Positions 1 through 11,600 of a stretch of DNA of 64,000 nt are shown here, in pieces. Position numbers and translations under genes: made by a program. This DNA comes from a virus (taxonomy: Duplodnaviria; Caudoviricetes): the IMG/VR virus record IMGVR_UViG_2510065010_000001, positions 131,040-195,039 of that record; one strand, 5' to 3'. The notes below the pieces were generated by a model. It was not told the origin of the DNA, searched no databases, and worked only from the letters and a program-made list of their open reading frames with translations. Numbering within the stretch: position 1 is the stretch's first letter; the number at the start of each line of letters is the position of its first letter.

Positions 1-722
1 TATTTGGTATACCACAGTCTATAACAACTCCAAACACGAACACGGTCAACTTAGGAGAAGAAGGTACTATCTCCACAGTTCGAGCGACACGTTTTGAAAT
101 TCGCTACACAAACGTTAACGGATCTAGTCAACTTTACCTCTTTAGTCTTCCACCAGCCATTGAAACAAACTTACGTTCAAATACAGCAGGTGCGTCTGTA
201 CCAGAAGTAAAACCAGGAATTTTGATAAGAACCAGTATGAACTACAAACGGTTTTTACTGCCTGGTGGTTCCCCCGCGTACCAGTCATTAGGGGTTGAAC
301 AAACAATGATCCAATTGGTTGGATTGTTTATCGGAGTAGAAGGGAACTTCTATGTAGCACCAGGGCAAGTACTTTATGGAAAATTTGCTGATACATTGAA
401 GCTCAACTCGGCATACCAAACTGCACGACGTTTTGACGAGGAAGTTGTACAGTCTGCACGAGAAGTTGACCTTTTTATTAATTCTGAATCGCCACAAGGA
501 CTAACGCCTATTAGTATTAACTATAGGTGCATTCTCAGAAGTATGAGATTGTTTGTCGCAAGACATGACCGAGTTTATTACGCACTAGATGCAGAAGTTA
601 CTACATTTAAGACAAATAGAATTTCTCCTATTAATCCAACCATTAATTCAATTGGTAGTGCAGTTTCTTCTATAACTCAAAGACCATCCACTAGCCCACA
701 ATCAAATCCTGCTAAACCATGA
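1..722 (+). CDS. 5'-truncated putative virion/tail protein
   Basis: The frame of ORF 222..722 stays open back to position 3 (FGIPQSITTPNTNTVNLG...), so the real start is upstream of the window. It lies in the structural block. Confidence 0.5.
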   Translation, partial: FGIPQSITTPNTNTVNLGEEGTISTVRATRFEIRYTNVNGSSQLYLFSLPPAIETNLRSNTAGASVPEVKPGILIRTSMNYKRFLLPGGSPAYQSLGVEQTMIQLVGLFIGVEGNFYVAPGQVLYGKFADTLKLNSAYQTARRFDEEVVQSAREVDLFINSESPQGLTPISINYRCILRSMRLFVARHDRVYYALDAEVTTFKTNRISPINPTINSIGSAVSSITQRPSTSPQSNPAKP

Positions 723-2146
723 CTCGTTTATCCGAACAAGCTCTTAAGTATTTAGACCAATTCGCAGCACAATTTGGTGGAGCATCTGAAGTTCTTTCTT
801 TACTACCAGATGTAGACCTTGAAAAGCTTTTAACTTTTCCTGGCAAAGTTTTTATTACAAAACCTTGGTCGGCAGCTATCGATCTAAGAGAGCTTGGCTA
901 TGTTGAGGGTACACCATACTCTCTTCTAGATAATCAACTTAAACTTATTAAAACAGATTATTCTGAAGATGGTTATTTTGGTGGAAAAGAAGAAGACCAA
1001 CAAATTTTATTAAATGCTCAACATGCTTCGTTTTTGTATTTGCAGTTTTTGGATCAGTTAGTACTGCTTTGGGTCTGTAATCGTCTATCTCAGACCCAGT
1101 TAAAACAGCAGATTAACCAGTGGCAAAAACAAGCTAGTTTGTTTAATGAAGTACTTTCAACATATGAGTTGTTTTTGCAGACAAACTTTCTTCTATCCAC
1201 TGACGTTATTCAAATAACACACGTCCCGGCTACATGGTCCGAACGATACACTATCCAGGAGTTGCGAAATCATCCAAATAAAGATGTTTCGGAACACAAA
1301 GGGTCAGATGAAATTATCAGCATATATTTCCAGAACTCTGGTTGGTATTTATTTGAAGTGATTCGTGGTTCAACTAGGTCAACACTTATCCTAGATGAGT
1401 TACAGGGTGTTGGAGTTAATAAAGTTAGAAGTGCACATACTGGGGCATACTTTGTTGCCTTAACAGGAAGAGAGCAGACAACAGCTGCAAGTTCTTCTAT
1501 CGTACAGTTACCATCTAAAACCTATGGGATACAAGGTGTGGAACCTTTTATTAGGTTGGAGGGAGTTCTTAAGTTCCGAGAACCTGAACTTTGCTTAGGT
1601 AAGACAACGGTTGTAGCAACTGCAAACGTTATGCGTCGAATGCTGCCAGCGACTTCTACAGGTAAGGCTACGGTCCAAGCTTCGCTTGCCGTTTCAATGG
1701 ATGGCATAGCTACTGGAGTAGCGACCCCATCAACACGTTTACCTTTACCTTTAGAATCGGAGCGTTTAGTTGTAATAGGTGCTGCAGTTATTAACCCAAC
1801 CGATAATGTTCGTTATTGTTCTGCAGATGGGAGAGCTACTGGCATTGCTTTAGCATCCGTTAACGGGTCAGCCTCCGATGATGAAGAAGCAATAGGAGAA
1901 GCTGAGGCTACTGCTGATATTGGCATTATTAAAAGCATAAATACTCTACAAACTCCTACTTATCAAATTGACCCTCTAGAGTTAATCCCTTTGACGTATG
2001 ACTTACCTGCAACGATGGACCCTCTAGAACGGGTATGGTTCAGTGTTGAGTACAAGCCTTATACTTTCGTGAATGCAGATGATGTTGTGGATGAACCAAT
2101 AGCTACAGGTGTTGCTTTTAGCAATGCAGAAATAACCATAATCTAA
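719..2146 (+). CDS. putative virion structural protein with Ala/Thr/Gly-rich C-terminal half
   Basis: 475-aa ORF; ATGA overlap with the upstream gene; recurring ATG.A-type motifs in the C-terminal part. Confidence 0.5.
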   Translation: MTRLSEQALKYLDQFAAQFGGASEVLSLLPDVDLEKLLTFPGKVFITKPWSAAIDLRELGYVEGTPYSLLDNQLKLIKTDYSEDGYFGGKEEDQQILLNAQHASFLYLQFLDQLVLLWVCNRLSQTQLKQQINQWQKQASLFNEVLSTYELFLQTNFLLSTDVIQITHVPATWSERYTIQELRNHPNKDVSEHKGSDEIISIYFQNSGWYLFEVIRGSTRSTLILDELQGVGVNKVRSAHTGAYFVALTGREQTTAASSSIVQLPSKTYGIQGVEPFIRLEGVLKFREPELCLGKTTVVATANVMRRMLPATSTGKATVQASLAVSMDGIATGVATPSTRLPLPLESERLVVIGAAVINPTDNVRYCSADGRATGIALASVNGSASDDEEAIGEAEATADIGIIKSINTLQTPTYQIDPLELIPLTYDLPATMDPLERVWFSVEYKPYTFVNADDVVDEPIATGVAFSNAEITII

Positions 2147-2160
2147 CAGATATAAATGAG

Positions 2161-2190
2161 CACATACACGGTCAAGTAAGTCTCTACGCT
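2161..2190 (+). promoter_or_regulatory. candidate phage late promoter CACATA-N18-TACGCT
   Basis: Same boxes and spacing as at 21631; lies in the intergenic gap before ORF 2216. Confidence 0.6.
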
Positions 2191-2215
2191 AAAGCTGAAA
2201 CTATAAGACCAGTGT

Positions 2216-2602
2216 ATGAGTGCTAAGTCTGATATTCTTGAAACAGAAATTATTAACCATTACTTCGGTGGAAGTGGAGCACCGCAGCCAACTCAATGGT
2301 GGTTAGCCATCTATAGTAGTGATCCGACGGATGCGATTACTGCAACAGTACCGACGGCTATTACCACACGTCTTGAAATTGATGGCTGGACTAGAAATGC
2401 GAATGAAGCCGTAAACACAAATAACTTACAGTTTCCTCCAGTACCCACCGGACAAACATGGACTGTCACACACTTTGCGATCTTCAACGCAATAACAGGG
2501 GGTAAGCCTCTATACCACAGCCCTTTTCGTATAGCAAAAACTTTACAGGAAGGCGACATTCTGTTTATTGCTGCGGGACAACTTGCTATCCGGGAGACAT
2601 AA
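2216..2602 (+). CDS. small phage tail/tail-fibre-associated structural protein
   Basis: Pattern SD.LE..I.NH...W.LA....DP.D...F......W.VTHFAIF.A.TGG..L is typical of a widespread phage tail protein family. Confidence 0.7.
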   Translation: MSAKSDILETEIINHYFGGSGAPQPTQWWLAIYSSDPTDAITATVPTAITTRLEIDGWTRNANEAVNTNNLQFPPVPTGQTWTVTHFAIFNAITGGKPLYHSPFRIAKTLQEGDILFIAAGQLAIRET

Positions 2603-2603
2603 A

Positions 2604-3302
2604 ATGTCTAGTGTTGTCCCATCTATTGTTTTAGGAGATCCCTTAACTGGACAAAGCGGGGATAACCTTTACCAGTGTTTTGGTAAGTTTAATGTCCACA
2701 CACACAGAAACAGTGCAAGTGTAGTGGCATTGCTTCAAGATGTTTCTCCAGGAGATGCAGTACAAACAGTCTCAGATTGTTTGCCCAACGCATTTCCCGC
2801 TGGAACAACTGTCTCCAGTATTTCTCGTACAACAATTACGGTAAGTCAAAACGCGACTAGATCTGCTCAGGGTTGCAAGCTTCAAGTTGGCACCAAAGTT
2901 TTAGAACATGCCAATATCGCGCTAGATTCAAACGCTATAACGTTTAATCATTTCAGTGGTTTTGTACCCGGCGAGTATTTATCAGGACTTCATTCGAAAC
3001 CTTTAAGCGGGTTAATAAACACAGCAAACTTAACATACCCTCTTTTGTGTAAAGTTCCCTGGAAAGGAATTCTAGACAGACTTGTTCTTAGAAACTTGAA
3101 CGGTTCGAGTACTGTTGAACTTTTAATAAACACTCGTCAAGTAGCGATCGCAAACGTTACGACCAATTACACTCAGATAGATTTCTTAGATACCGGAACA
3201 AACCGAACAGTGTTTGCTTCCGGGGATGATTTGTTTTTAAGAGTCACTAACGCCACTGGTAGTCCAAATCTTCATTACAGCTTGTATTTGCTGACTCTTT
3301 AA
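2604..3302 (+). CDS. putative tail/baseplate appendage protein
   Basis: Likely ATG at 2604. N-terminal GDNLYQCFGKFN resembles the GEDLRSAFDKVN motif at the start of tail fibre 61889. Confidence 0.5.
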   Translation: MSSVVPSIVLGDPLTGQSGDNLYQCFGKFNVHTHRNSASVVALLQDVSPGDAVQTVSDCLPNAFPAGTTVSSISRTTITVSQNATRSAQGCKLQVGTKVLEHANIALDSNAITFNHFSGFVPGEYLSGLHSKPLSGLINTANLTYPLLCKVPWKGILDRLVLRNLNGSSTVELLINTRQVAIANVTTNYTQIDFLDTGTNRTVFASGDDLFLRVTNATGSPNLHYSLYLLTL

Positions 3303-3303
3303 C

Positions 3304-5022
3304 GTGGCAAAAGATAATCGAATAGAACAACTAGAATTTAATAATCTTCTAGACAATTTAGTACTTGGGGTTGAGGAGCGATTAGCTAAGGCGGTTCCAG
3401 ACACCCTAAATATTCTTGAGTTTTTAGAAGAGGAAGTAGACCTGGGCATCGAGCTGACTTTACAGCAGCGTACTGTCCTCAAAGCTTTCTATAACTTACC
3501 GCTAACAGAGGAAGAAACCTCTGTATTAGAGTACTGGAACGCCAGAGATACATGTACTTGGCACCCTGATGATATTTACCAAGTACTTGTTTTAGAGGCT
3601 GGTCGGCGTTCTGGAAAAAGTTCTTTGGCGAGTATCATCACTGCGTATGAGTTCTATAAACTTTGCCGCTTGGCTTGTCCTCAGGAACATTATGGAATTT
3701 CAAAAAACACGCCTATTTCAATCATCGTTTTAGCAACGACAGCATCCCAAGGTAAAAAGACTATTTTTAAGGCTGTTGTTGGAGTTATACGCAATACCCG
3801 TTATTTCAACCAGCTTGAACAGCAAGGAAGACTCTTCGTTGGTAAAGAAGAGATCAGCTTTGAAGAGAAGCTTCTTTACATTTACTCAGGTAACTCCCAA
3901 TCGGGGGCACAGGTAGGAGGCACTGTTAAGGTGCTTGTTATGGATGAAGTTGCCCGATTCAAAGACCTGGACGGAGAATCCAATGCATTAGAGTTATGGT
4001 CTAACCTTGGTATTTCAACAACTACCTTTGGTCGAGAAGCGAGAAGAGTTGCTATCTCTTCTGCTTGGTACGAAGGTGATGCAATCGAAAAGTTATTTGA
4101 TGCATCAAAAACTGACCCAGTAGCTTTAGGAATCAGAGCTAAATCCTGGGATATGAATCCAATCCATGCTGCCAGGGATAATCCGGTAGTTGCGTCAGAG
4201 TATATCCGTGATCCTGTTCATGCAGCTCTTGAATTTGAAGGTATTCGTCCTGCAGCTGTAGATGCTTTCCTAAATGCAAATGAAGTAAAGGCAGCATTCA
4301 AAGGTCGTAGCGTTATTAAAGCATCTAGATACGAAGAAGAGGAGGCAGGGTTTAACCTTGTAAAACTCCGAGTTGAGCATATAGAACCGTTTAATGGAAG
4401 TACCGTTTTCCACGTAGACCCAGCTATTGGTACGGACACGTATGCAGCTGCTTTTGGACACAATGAGTTTGATGAAGCTCACCGTCAGATTGTTGTAATC
4501 GACGGTTTTCTTTGCTGGGAGCCAAATCATAAAGCTCAAGTTTCTATCACTAACGTGCAAGAAGCAATACTTGCAGTCAATCGCCGCCGCCCAATCTCTA
4601 AACTTTCTGCCGATCACTACAACTCGGTAGAAACTGTGCAACGAATGCGACAGCATGGCATTATGTGCGACATACAATACTTTAGCAACAATACACAAGT
4701 TGCCATGTATGACCTAGTTCGTATGTTGCTCCATGAACAACGGTTGATACTACCCTACGATTCAATATGGACACCTTTAGCGTTATCAGAGTTATGTAAG
4801 GTACAATTAATTAAAGGGAGAAAAATCGATCACCCTGCTTCGGGAAGCAAAGATCTTTCTGATTGTATAGCAGCTGTGTGCTGGCAACTTGCGTCTAGAG
4901 TTACACGCGACACAGTAGCAAAAAAAGGTGTTATTAAACATGTAAATTATCAATCTGGAAACTCTTCTCTGCAAAACTATCAATCTGCACGGGACAGATG
5001 GTTTTCATTAAAAGGAAGATAA
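3304..5022 (+). CDS. terL: terminase large subunit
   Basis: Walker A (AGRRSGKS), Walker B (VLVMDEVAR), and RNase H-like nuclease acidic motifs (FHVDPA, SADHY, SKDLSDC). Confidence 0.9.
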   Translation: MAKDNRIEQLEFNNLLDNLVLGVEERLAKAVPDTLNILEFLEEEVDLGIELTLQQRTVLKAFYNLPLTEEETSVLEYWNARDTCTWHPDDIYQVLVLEAGRRSGKSSLASIITAYEFYKLCRLACPQEHYGISKNTPISIIVLATTASQGKKTIFKAVVGVIRNTRYFNQLEQQGRLFVGKEEISFEEKLLYIYSGNSQSGAQVGGTVKVLVMDEVARFKDLDGESNALELWSNLGISTTTFGREARRVAISSAWYEGDAIEKLFDASKTDPVALGIRAKSWDMNPIHAARDNPVVASEYIRDPVHAALEFEGIRPAAVDAFLNANEVKAAFKGRSVIKASRYEEEEAGFNLVKLRVEHIEPFNGSTVFHVDPAIGTDTYAAAFGHNEFDEAHRQIVVIDGFLCWEPNHKAQVSITNVQEAILAVNRRRPISKLSADHYNSVETVQRMRQHGIMCDIQYFSNNTQVAMYDLVRMLLHEQRLILPYDSIWTPLALSELCKVQLIKGRKIDHPASGSKDLSDCIAAVCWQLASRVTRDTVAKKGVIKHVNYQSGNSSLQNYQSARDRWFSLKGR

Positions 5023-5032
5023 AATAAGCCGT

Positions 5033-5554
5033 ATGACTAAGTACACACCGATAATTATTAAATTTATTTCACCTGTTGTTGTTGAAGGACAAGAGCTTCC
5101 TCAACAATATCTAGAACCGCTTAAGTTAGCCATCTATAGTCCACAGACGAAGTTGTTGAGTGCCGAACAAGCTTTGCCACTGCCAACAGTTGTTACGGTC
5201 CCATTTGAAAAAGAGCTTCGTATGAAGCTTTTACCTTCTGCTGTGTATAACCCACACGGTCGATATAAAGTGAAGGTATATCAGGGGAAAAATAATGTAC
5301 CGCTCTATGAGATGGATTGGGTTGTTCCACAAATTCCTGAGCAGAAGTTTGTAGATGTTACACACTCGGAGACAGGAAGAGATTATCTCAATTTAGCCTT
5401 TTCAGAAATAATTTCTATTTCTCATGAAGGAGTCTGGGAAGTAGAAGACCAACATATTGTTTGGGTTCAAGACCGTCCCGTAATTGGGTCTTCCTATAGA
5501 GTTAAGTATCAGCCTGCTGTAACTTTAGGTGACCTGATAGTTTCTAATCCTTAA
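5033..5554 (+). CDS. hypothetical protein, probably structural
   Basis: 173-aa ORF between terL and the giant gene. Confidence 0.5.
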   Translation: MTKYTPIIIKFISPVVVEGQELPQQYLEPLKLAIYSPQTKLLSAEQALPLPTVVTVPFEKELRMKLLPSAVYNPHGRYKVKVYQGKNNVPLYEMDWVVPQIPEQKFVDVTHSETGRDYLNLAFSEIISISHEGVWEVEDQHIVWVQDRPVIGSSYRVKYQPAVTLGDLIVSNP

Positions 5555-5621
5555 GTAGAACTTAGACACATGAGAGTTCTTGTTTTAATGCACATTAAAT
5601 TGTCTGTTAGTACTATTTAAT

Positions 5622-8600
5622 GTGTTAGGTTTTAGTCCGATCAGCGAGTTAATACCTGCTTCGTCTGTTCCAACACGAACAGAAGATTTTTTGCGTTCAG
5701 CGGAATCGGGCACATTAACAGCAACTATATACTCGACGCCGCATGACCAGAGTTTATTAGAAAATGCTGGAAGAGTTGTCATCAACCGTGGCAAGCAGTC
5801 AGGTAGTACTGATAAATTAGACAGGTTTATTGAGAGTTCTTACTTAAAAGGATATGATGTTCGCACTTTTTCATCCCCTTCTGCTGAGCAGAGACTTCAC
5901 GCAAAAACTTACACAGCCATACTAAATCAGGTTGCTACCGCTCACGTTTCAACAGCTAACCTTTCTGAGACAGCTCTACAACAAACTCCTGGTTCTAGGC
6001 AAGAGCGTATAAGACAGTATTCAGGAAAAGTTTTTCAAGAAAACTTAGCATTTCAAACAACTGACAGGTCTTTAGTTGCACAGATTTCTCATTTTCAATC
6101 TGCAGTCTCTCAGAACCGAGTTCCTAGCTCTACTCAGAATGTTGCTGTAGGTGGAACTGCCTCGCAAGCTACTGCACATAGAATATCTAGAGCAAAGCGT
6201 GGCGATCGCGTTATTCTTAGTGGACCTTATTTAGATGACCCACTAGTTGTTGCTTCTCTGCTGACTGCAAAAGCACAAGGGGCAGAGGTAACTGTTTTAA
6301 GTGCTAATCCAAACACTCGGTTTGAAACAGCAACTAGTGGTACAGGTGAACATCGCGAAGCAGTAAACCAACTGTCAGCAGCCGGAGTTAAGGTTCTTAC
6401 ACCAACAGAGGATGACCCATTATTAATCCATACGAAAGCACTGGCGATTGTTGGAGAATCAGAGGCACTATTTGCGCTCGGCTCTCATAACTTCACTAAT
6501 GCGGCTAAGTCTAATCGATCAGTTGACCTTTTATTAATGTTGAATGACCCGCGTCTTGCAAAAGAACTTTATCACAACTTAAGCAATACGCAGGGTGTTC
6601 AACAACAGAAGAGGGAAGCGGTAGAGGTACCATCTTTACTTGAGCTAAAAATGACGCTTCAAGGAAGAGGTGGACTCTACCGCGTGTCCAGTTTAGGAGA
6701 ACGTGGACCAAACTTATCAATGCCGTTTTATCCAACTCGCATGGATGGGGCATTCTTCAAATTTTTTAATGATAAAAATACACCGTTTCCTAATCTTAAT
6801 ATCTATTCAAACTTATACGTATCGCGTACTGGTAGAACTGAGACGCCCGATGTTATTAAGCAATTAGATAGAGAAATCAGTGACCCAGGATTAGGATATT
6901 CGTTTAATAAACTTGTAGGTCAACCTATTTATGAGTCTGGATTTGGTATTATCGGCTCTGGTCTAAAATCTGTAGGGAAATTAATTGATTGGGCATTAGG
7001 GTTTGAAGCTCACAAAGAACGAGAAGACGAAAGAGATAACAAGAGTATAGGCGGCATTCGCAAATACTTCAGTTCTGCCTATCAGAGTAGTTATGGAAAA
7101 GAGTCTCAAGGACCTTTTGAAAGTATTTTTTCAAACTTTTACCAACTTGGAGCTGGAGCTGCTGCGACTCTATCTTTCTATGTAGGAGTGGACTTACCTC
7201 TCAAGTATTTTAAGGCAATGCTTGAGACTGATTATGCAGAAATGTTACTTCAGTTACCAGGTGATTCTCCAAAAAACTGGATGGCTAAAGGCGTATTGCA
7301 AGTAGCGCCAATGCTTCGAACAACGATGTTTGGTCCTGCAATTGGTGGTGCCTTAAATGAAGTAATTCAAGATACAACCACAACTCCCCAAAATTTTACT
7401 ACTCGACTGTATGACAGGCTTTATAAACCTGGGAATGTTCTAAAAGACCCAACCCGTGTAGCAGTAACTCAAGAGGGAAAGCTTACTAGCATTCAGTTAG
7501 GTGATGAAGGGTTATACGCAGCTTCTCAAATGTTGAGGCGTTTTGACCAAGTGCGGTTTGAGCAATTAACTGCTCCAATTTTAGAAGCGATTAACCCATA
7601 CACTGTTGATTCTATCCATTATCAGACATACAAACAATCCTTAACTCAGTTAACTGAAACTGTTGGAAAACCCACTGAGATTTTATTTCAACAACGGGCT
7701 GAAGACCCTAATGTTTATCGTCCTGTATTTAAGAACTTGGGTGTTGAGCGTGTTCGAGAAATTGCTAAACGCTATGACGACCTCGCATCTTTGCTGCCAG
7801 CAAACCTAACGTACTGGGTACCTCCCCTTCGCAGGCTATTAAACCTGGACGAGTTTGACCCAATGCAGCACATGACTGTGCGTGACGTTATTTCGTTCGA
7901 AGATGCAGTACTTTGGACAGACCGTTTCTATAAGCACACTGTTGCTGTTTTACAAAACCCGGCTCAGAATGTGCGTCAAATTCTAAAAGCTTGGTCGGGA
8001 GAGGTGGAACTTTTAAGAACTGAACGAAAACTGATCAAGGAACTGTCAAAAGAGTTTGCACCAACTCAGTTTAGCTTTCAGGCACAACACGCTGATGATG
8101 TTGCTGCTAATCTTAGTGCTCTTCATAGATATGGTGAAAACGTTTTAGACAGAACAAACCAGCAAGTTCAAACTATTTTGAATGACCAACGTGTTGTCAA
8201 ATACAGTAAGCAGCTGGAAGCTCAACGCAAATTACTGGAGCAATCACCCTTTCGTTTATTAAACGAGAATGTTGTCGTATCTGAAAGTAAGTACAAACCT
8301 TTTGAGTCGGATGCTCGACACAAAGTGTCAAACATGCGACGTATTTTGGCGCGAGTTGGCATAGCACTACTTGCGGATCGAATTGCTGACCAGTTTATAT
8401 TTCAACCTCTAGGAGCTAATTTATTAACTCAAATTAAGGCACACCAAGAACTATCTACTCAAGAAGGTCAAGTTGCACGATTTCAATTTACAGGAGACTT
8501 ATCTAAAGAGTTTGTTATTGCTAGTCAATTAGGCGCGGGTGCTGCAGTTGGATTTTTACTACCCGATGCTTTGGATAAAGGTAATCGTCCACAATCCATA

Positions 8601-11600
8601 AGTACAGTTCTAGACCCACTAAGAGAATTTCAGAAAAGTCTTAAGTTAACTGAGAGGTCCATATATAAGTCAGCTAGCGAAGAAATTCTTGAATCTGCTG
8701 ACATTCAGGTGTCTCGTCAAGCTTTGGCATCCACAAATAAACGGTACAAAACTCTACAAGCAGAAATTCAAGGTCTGAAGTATCGACGAGTAGGTTTAAG
8801 ATTCAATACTTCAGCAGCAATTGCTGCAGGACTTGTTGCTGGATTTGGACTCAAAACACTGTCAATGGGTGCTGCCTATGTTCTTAATTTAATAAATAAC
8901 AACACATCTGGCATATCGCCTTCAGGCATGGATGCTTACTTTTCATCCACGTTTGAGCGTTTAACTCAAGAAGGCATTGCAAAAGCGGTAACTCGCGAGG
9001 ACTATGTAAACTTAGCGATCGGTCATACTTTAGCCCAATCATTTTTGAACAGTGGAAAACAAAAGCAGAAAGTTTATACGGTTGCAACTCAGCTAACTTC
9101 ACCATTCATACAAGTTCCTTTTTTATTAAAAGCAGATTCCGTAACAGGAAAAGCTAGCCTTTCAGTTGGTCTACAGTTAATGCCTCTGTTAGGTTCTGGT
9201 GTGACTCCTGCTTTACCATTTTCAATCCGGCTTAATAAAGATGAGCTGGACTCATTCGACATTGGCGCTCAAGTACCAGGATTGTTTAGCTCTTTTCAAA
9301 TTGCTAGTGTCATGGCTAGAGGAATGCTCTCTGCTCTGACATTTGGAAACAGTCTTATTTACGAAAAAGAGTCTGTATATGAAAAAGGGATGGAGTTTGT
9401 AGGACTCAGTACCGCTCTTCTTTTAGGAGCTAACAAACTGTCTCAAGCAGATATTCGGTCAAAGCTTGCCAATAGAATTGGGTCTAACCACTCGTTATTA
9501 AAACAACTTGATGATGTTGATAAACACACTCGTGCTCTTAGACAAATAAGTAGAGGAGCCTTAGAGTTTTCGAATAAAACACTAAGGTTTATCTACTCTT
9601 TGCCCGTCGCGTTTGCAAGTAGTACTCTCCAAGCTGTTGCACCCATTATCAATCCACAGCTTGCTAATTTCAAAGTACCAAAAGGGTTACGTAAAGCAGC
9701 ACCTTACTATCTTAGTTTGGTGATGGCGAATCTTATGGCTGACCCTGATGGTGGTTATGTGGGTGAGTCTTTCAAAGATCCTTTGACAAAAGTTGGGGGA
9801 GTTCTTGGAGCAGGTTTATTAACAGGTGCAGTTTTAGATCGGATGGGAGTGTTTGCAGATACAGAGAGTTTAGCTGCTCAATTTCAGGCTAGTACTCGAA
9901 ATCTTTCTGCAAAAGAGTATAGGCAATTAGTTCAAGACTGGTTACCAAAGGCAAAGGCTGGAACATCTGCTGCAGACTATATTGACGAATTGGTTGAAAA
10001 CTTACGTACAGCTCCAGCTTCGTCGATTACTTCAAAAAGAGCAGTCTCACGTCAACTTTTATCTACTATAAGTGCTCCATCACTTTGGGAGCAGGCGCAT
10101 CGAATTTCAGAACTGAAATTTCTACACGAAGTGAGTGACGGAAGTTTAAAAACTCCAAATAAAATAGACCTTCCTTACAAGAATCTAAAATCTATTGGGG
10201 GAAGAATTGCTGCTGCTGCAATGGGGCTATTTGCCTTAAGAGGTACAGCATATGCGTTAGCTTCGATGATGCCAGAAGGGTTATTAAGTAATCTGTATAA
10301 TACTCCTGTGTTAGGTGCAACTTTACGATTACTTTCAGGAGTTGAGCCAGAGCCAAAGTCTAGACAAGGGGTTTTAGCCGGAGAACGTCCGAGGGGCGCG
10401 TATGGTGTTCTTAATAAACTGGCTAAAACTTTGTCTTTTGGTTTGTTTGAATTACCAAAAGCGTCAGGGTTGTACAGTGATACTACAGACCCATTCTTAA
10501 ACCTGATTGGACCTCTCGGAGCTACTTTTAAGTCTCATAAGACTAACTACTATATTCAGTATGCTTCTTCATTTAGTGATATTTCTGCTACTGCCTATGA
10601 TTTTGTCCGAGGTGGACTATCAACAGATTTACTAGCTAGAACCTACGGTTTGATGCATTTAGGTCAAGCTAAGTCGTTAAGTGAAGCATTAGCACAAATA
10701 AGAGGTGCAGCCCCACGTCAAAAGCTTGCGACTTACGAAACGATCACACCATATGAAATGGATGCGGTTCAAAGTGCTGGTATTTCACGCGCATTGGGAC
10801 TAAGACAATTTAGACTCCAACATGCTTCGAATCAGAGAGCGTCGGAATTACTGTTAGATTTCTTGAAAGAAGGCTATGCATTTGGCGAACTAGGGCATGA
10901 CATTATGCCTGGTTATCAGATGCAATACAGAGGGTATAAACCCTTTGATTTTCTGGCGCATAGTGACTTTATTTATCAAAAGTCAACTATAGAAGGAGGT
11001 GAACCACGACAACAAGACCCCTACGAAGCCTTTCTAAACTGGTTTCAAAAGTCACAGTGGAAGAGTCGAAAGTTAGCTGAAAGCTATAACCCTTTTGATT
11101 TAACAAATGGGCTGGGTTCGTTTTCTAACGCAGCCTGGTTAACAGCCCCTCTTGGGGTGTTACTAACATTTGGTGCAATAAGTGCTGGCACAGAAATCAC
11201 TGCAAAATTGTCTGCATATGTAGCACAAACAGAAATTAGTAAACTTACAGAAGCTTCTAAGTTAAGTCAGGGTAAGCAGCTAACAGCCCCCTATCGATAC
11301 GTCTTCACTTCTGGGAACCTTCCTGGTTCTGGCAAATCTACCATTTTTCAGATAGACAAACTCAATCGGTATAGCAATGTACATCGCTTACCGATAGACG
11401 TGAGTGAAATTATCGATGGGTCACCCTTTGAGTTAGTATCTGGTATCAATAAGTCTTACCAGAATTTGCACAACAGAGTTGGCAAGTACTTTACAGGTTC
11501 TTATCTAACCCAAGTTAAAAACCTTTTAACGCAGGTTGAAGGAGCAACAGATACTCAGAAAGCACAACTTACGCGAACGTTTAAGTCCACGGTGCAAAAC

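Noticed and set aside
11313-11342. P-loop-like GNLPGSGKST in the giant protein
   Set aside because: No recognisable Walker B or NTPase context; a chance match is plausible in 5,284 aa.
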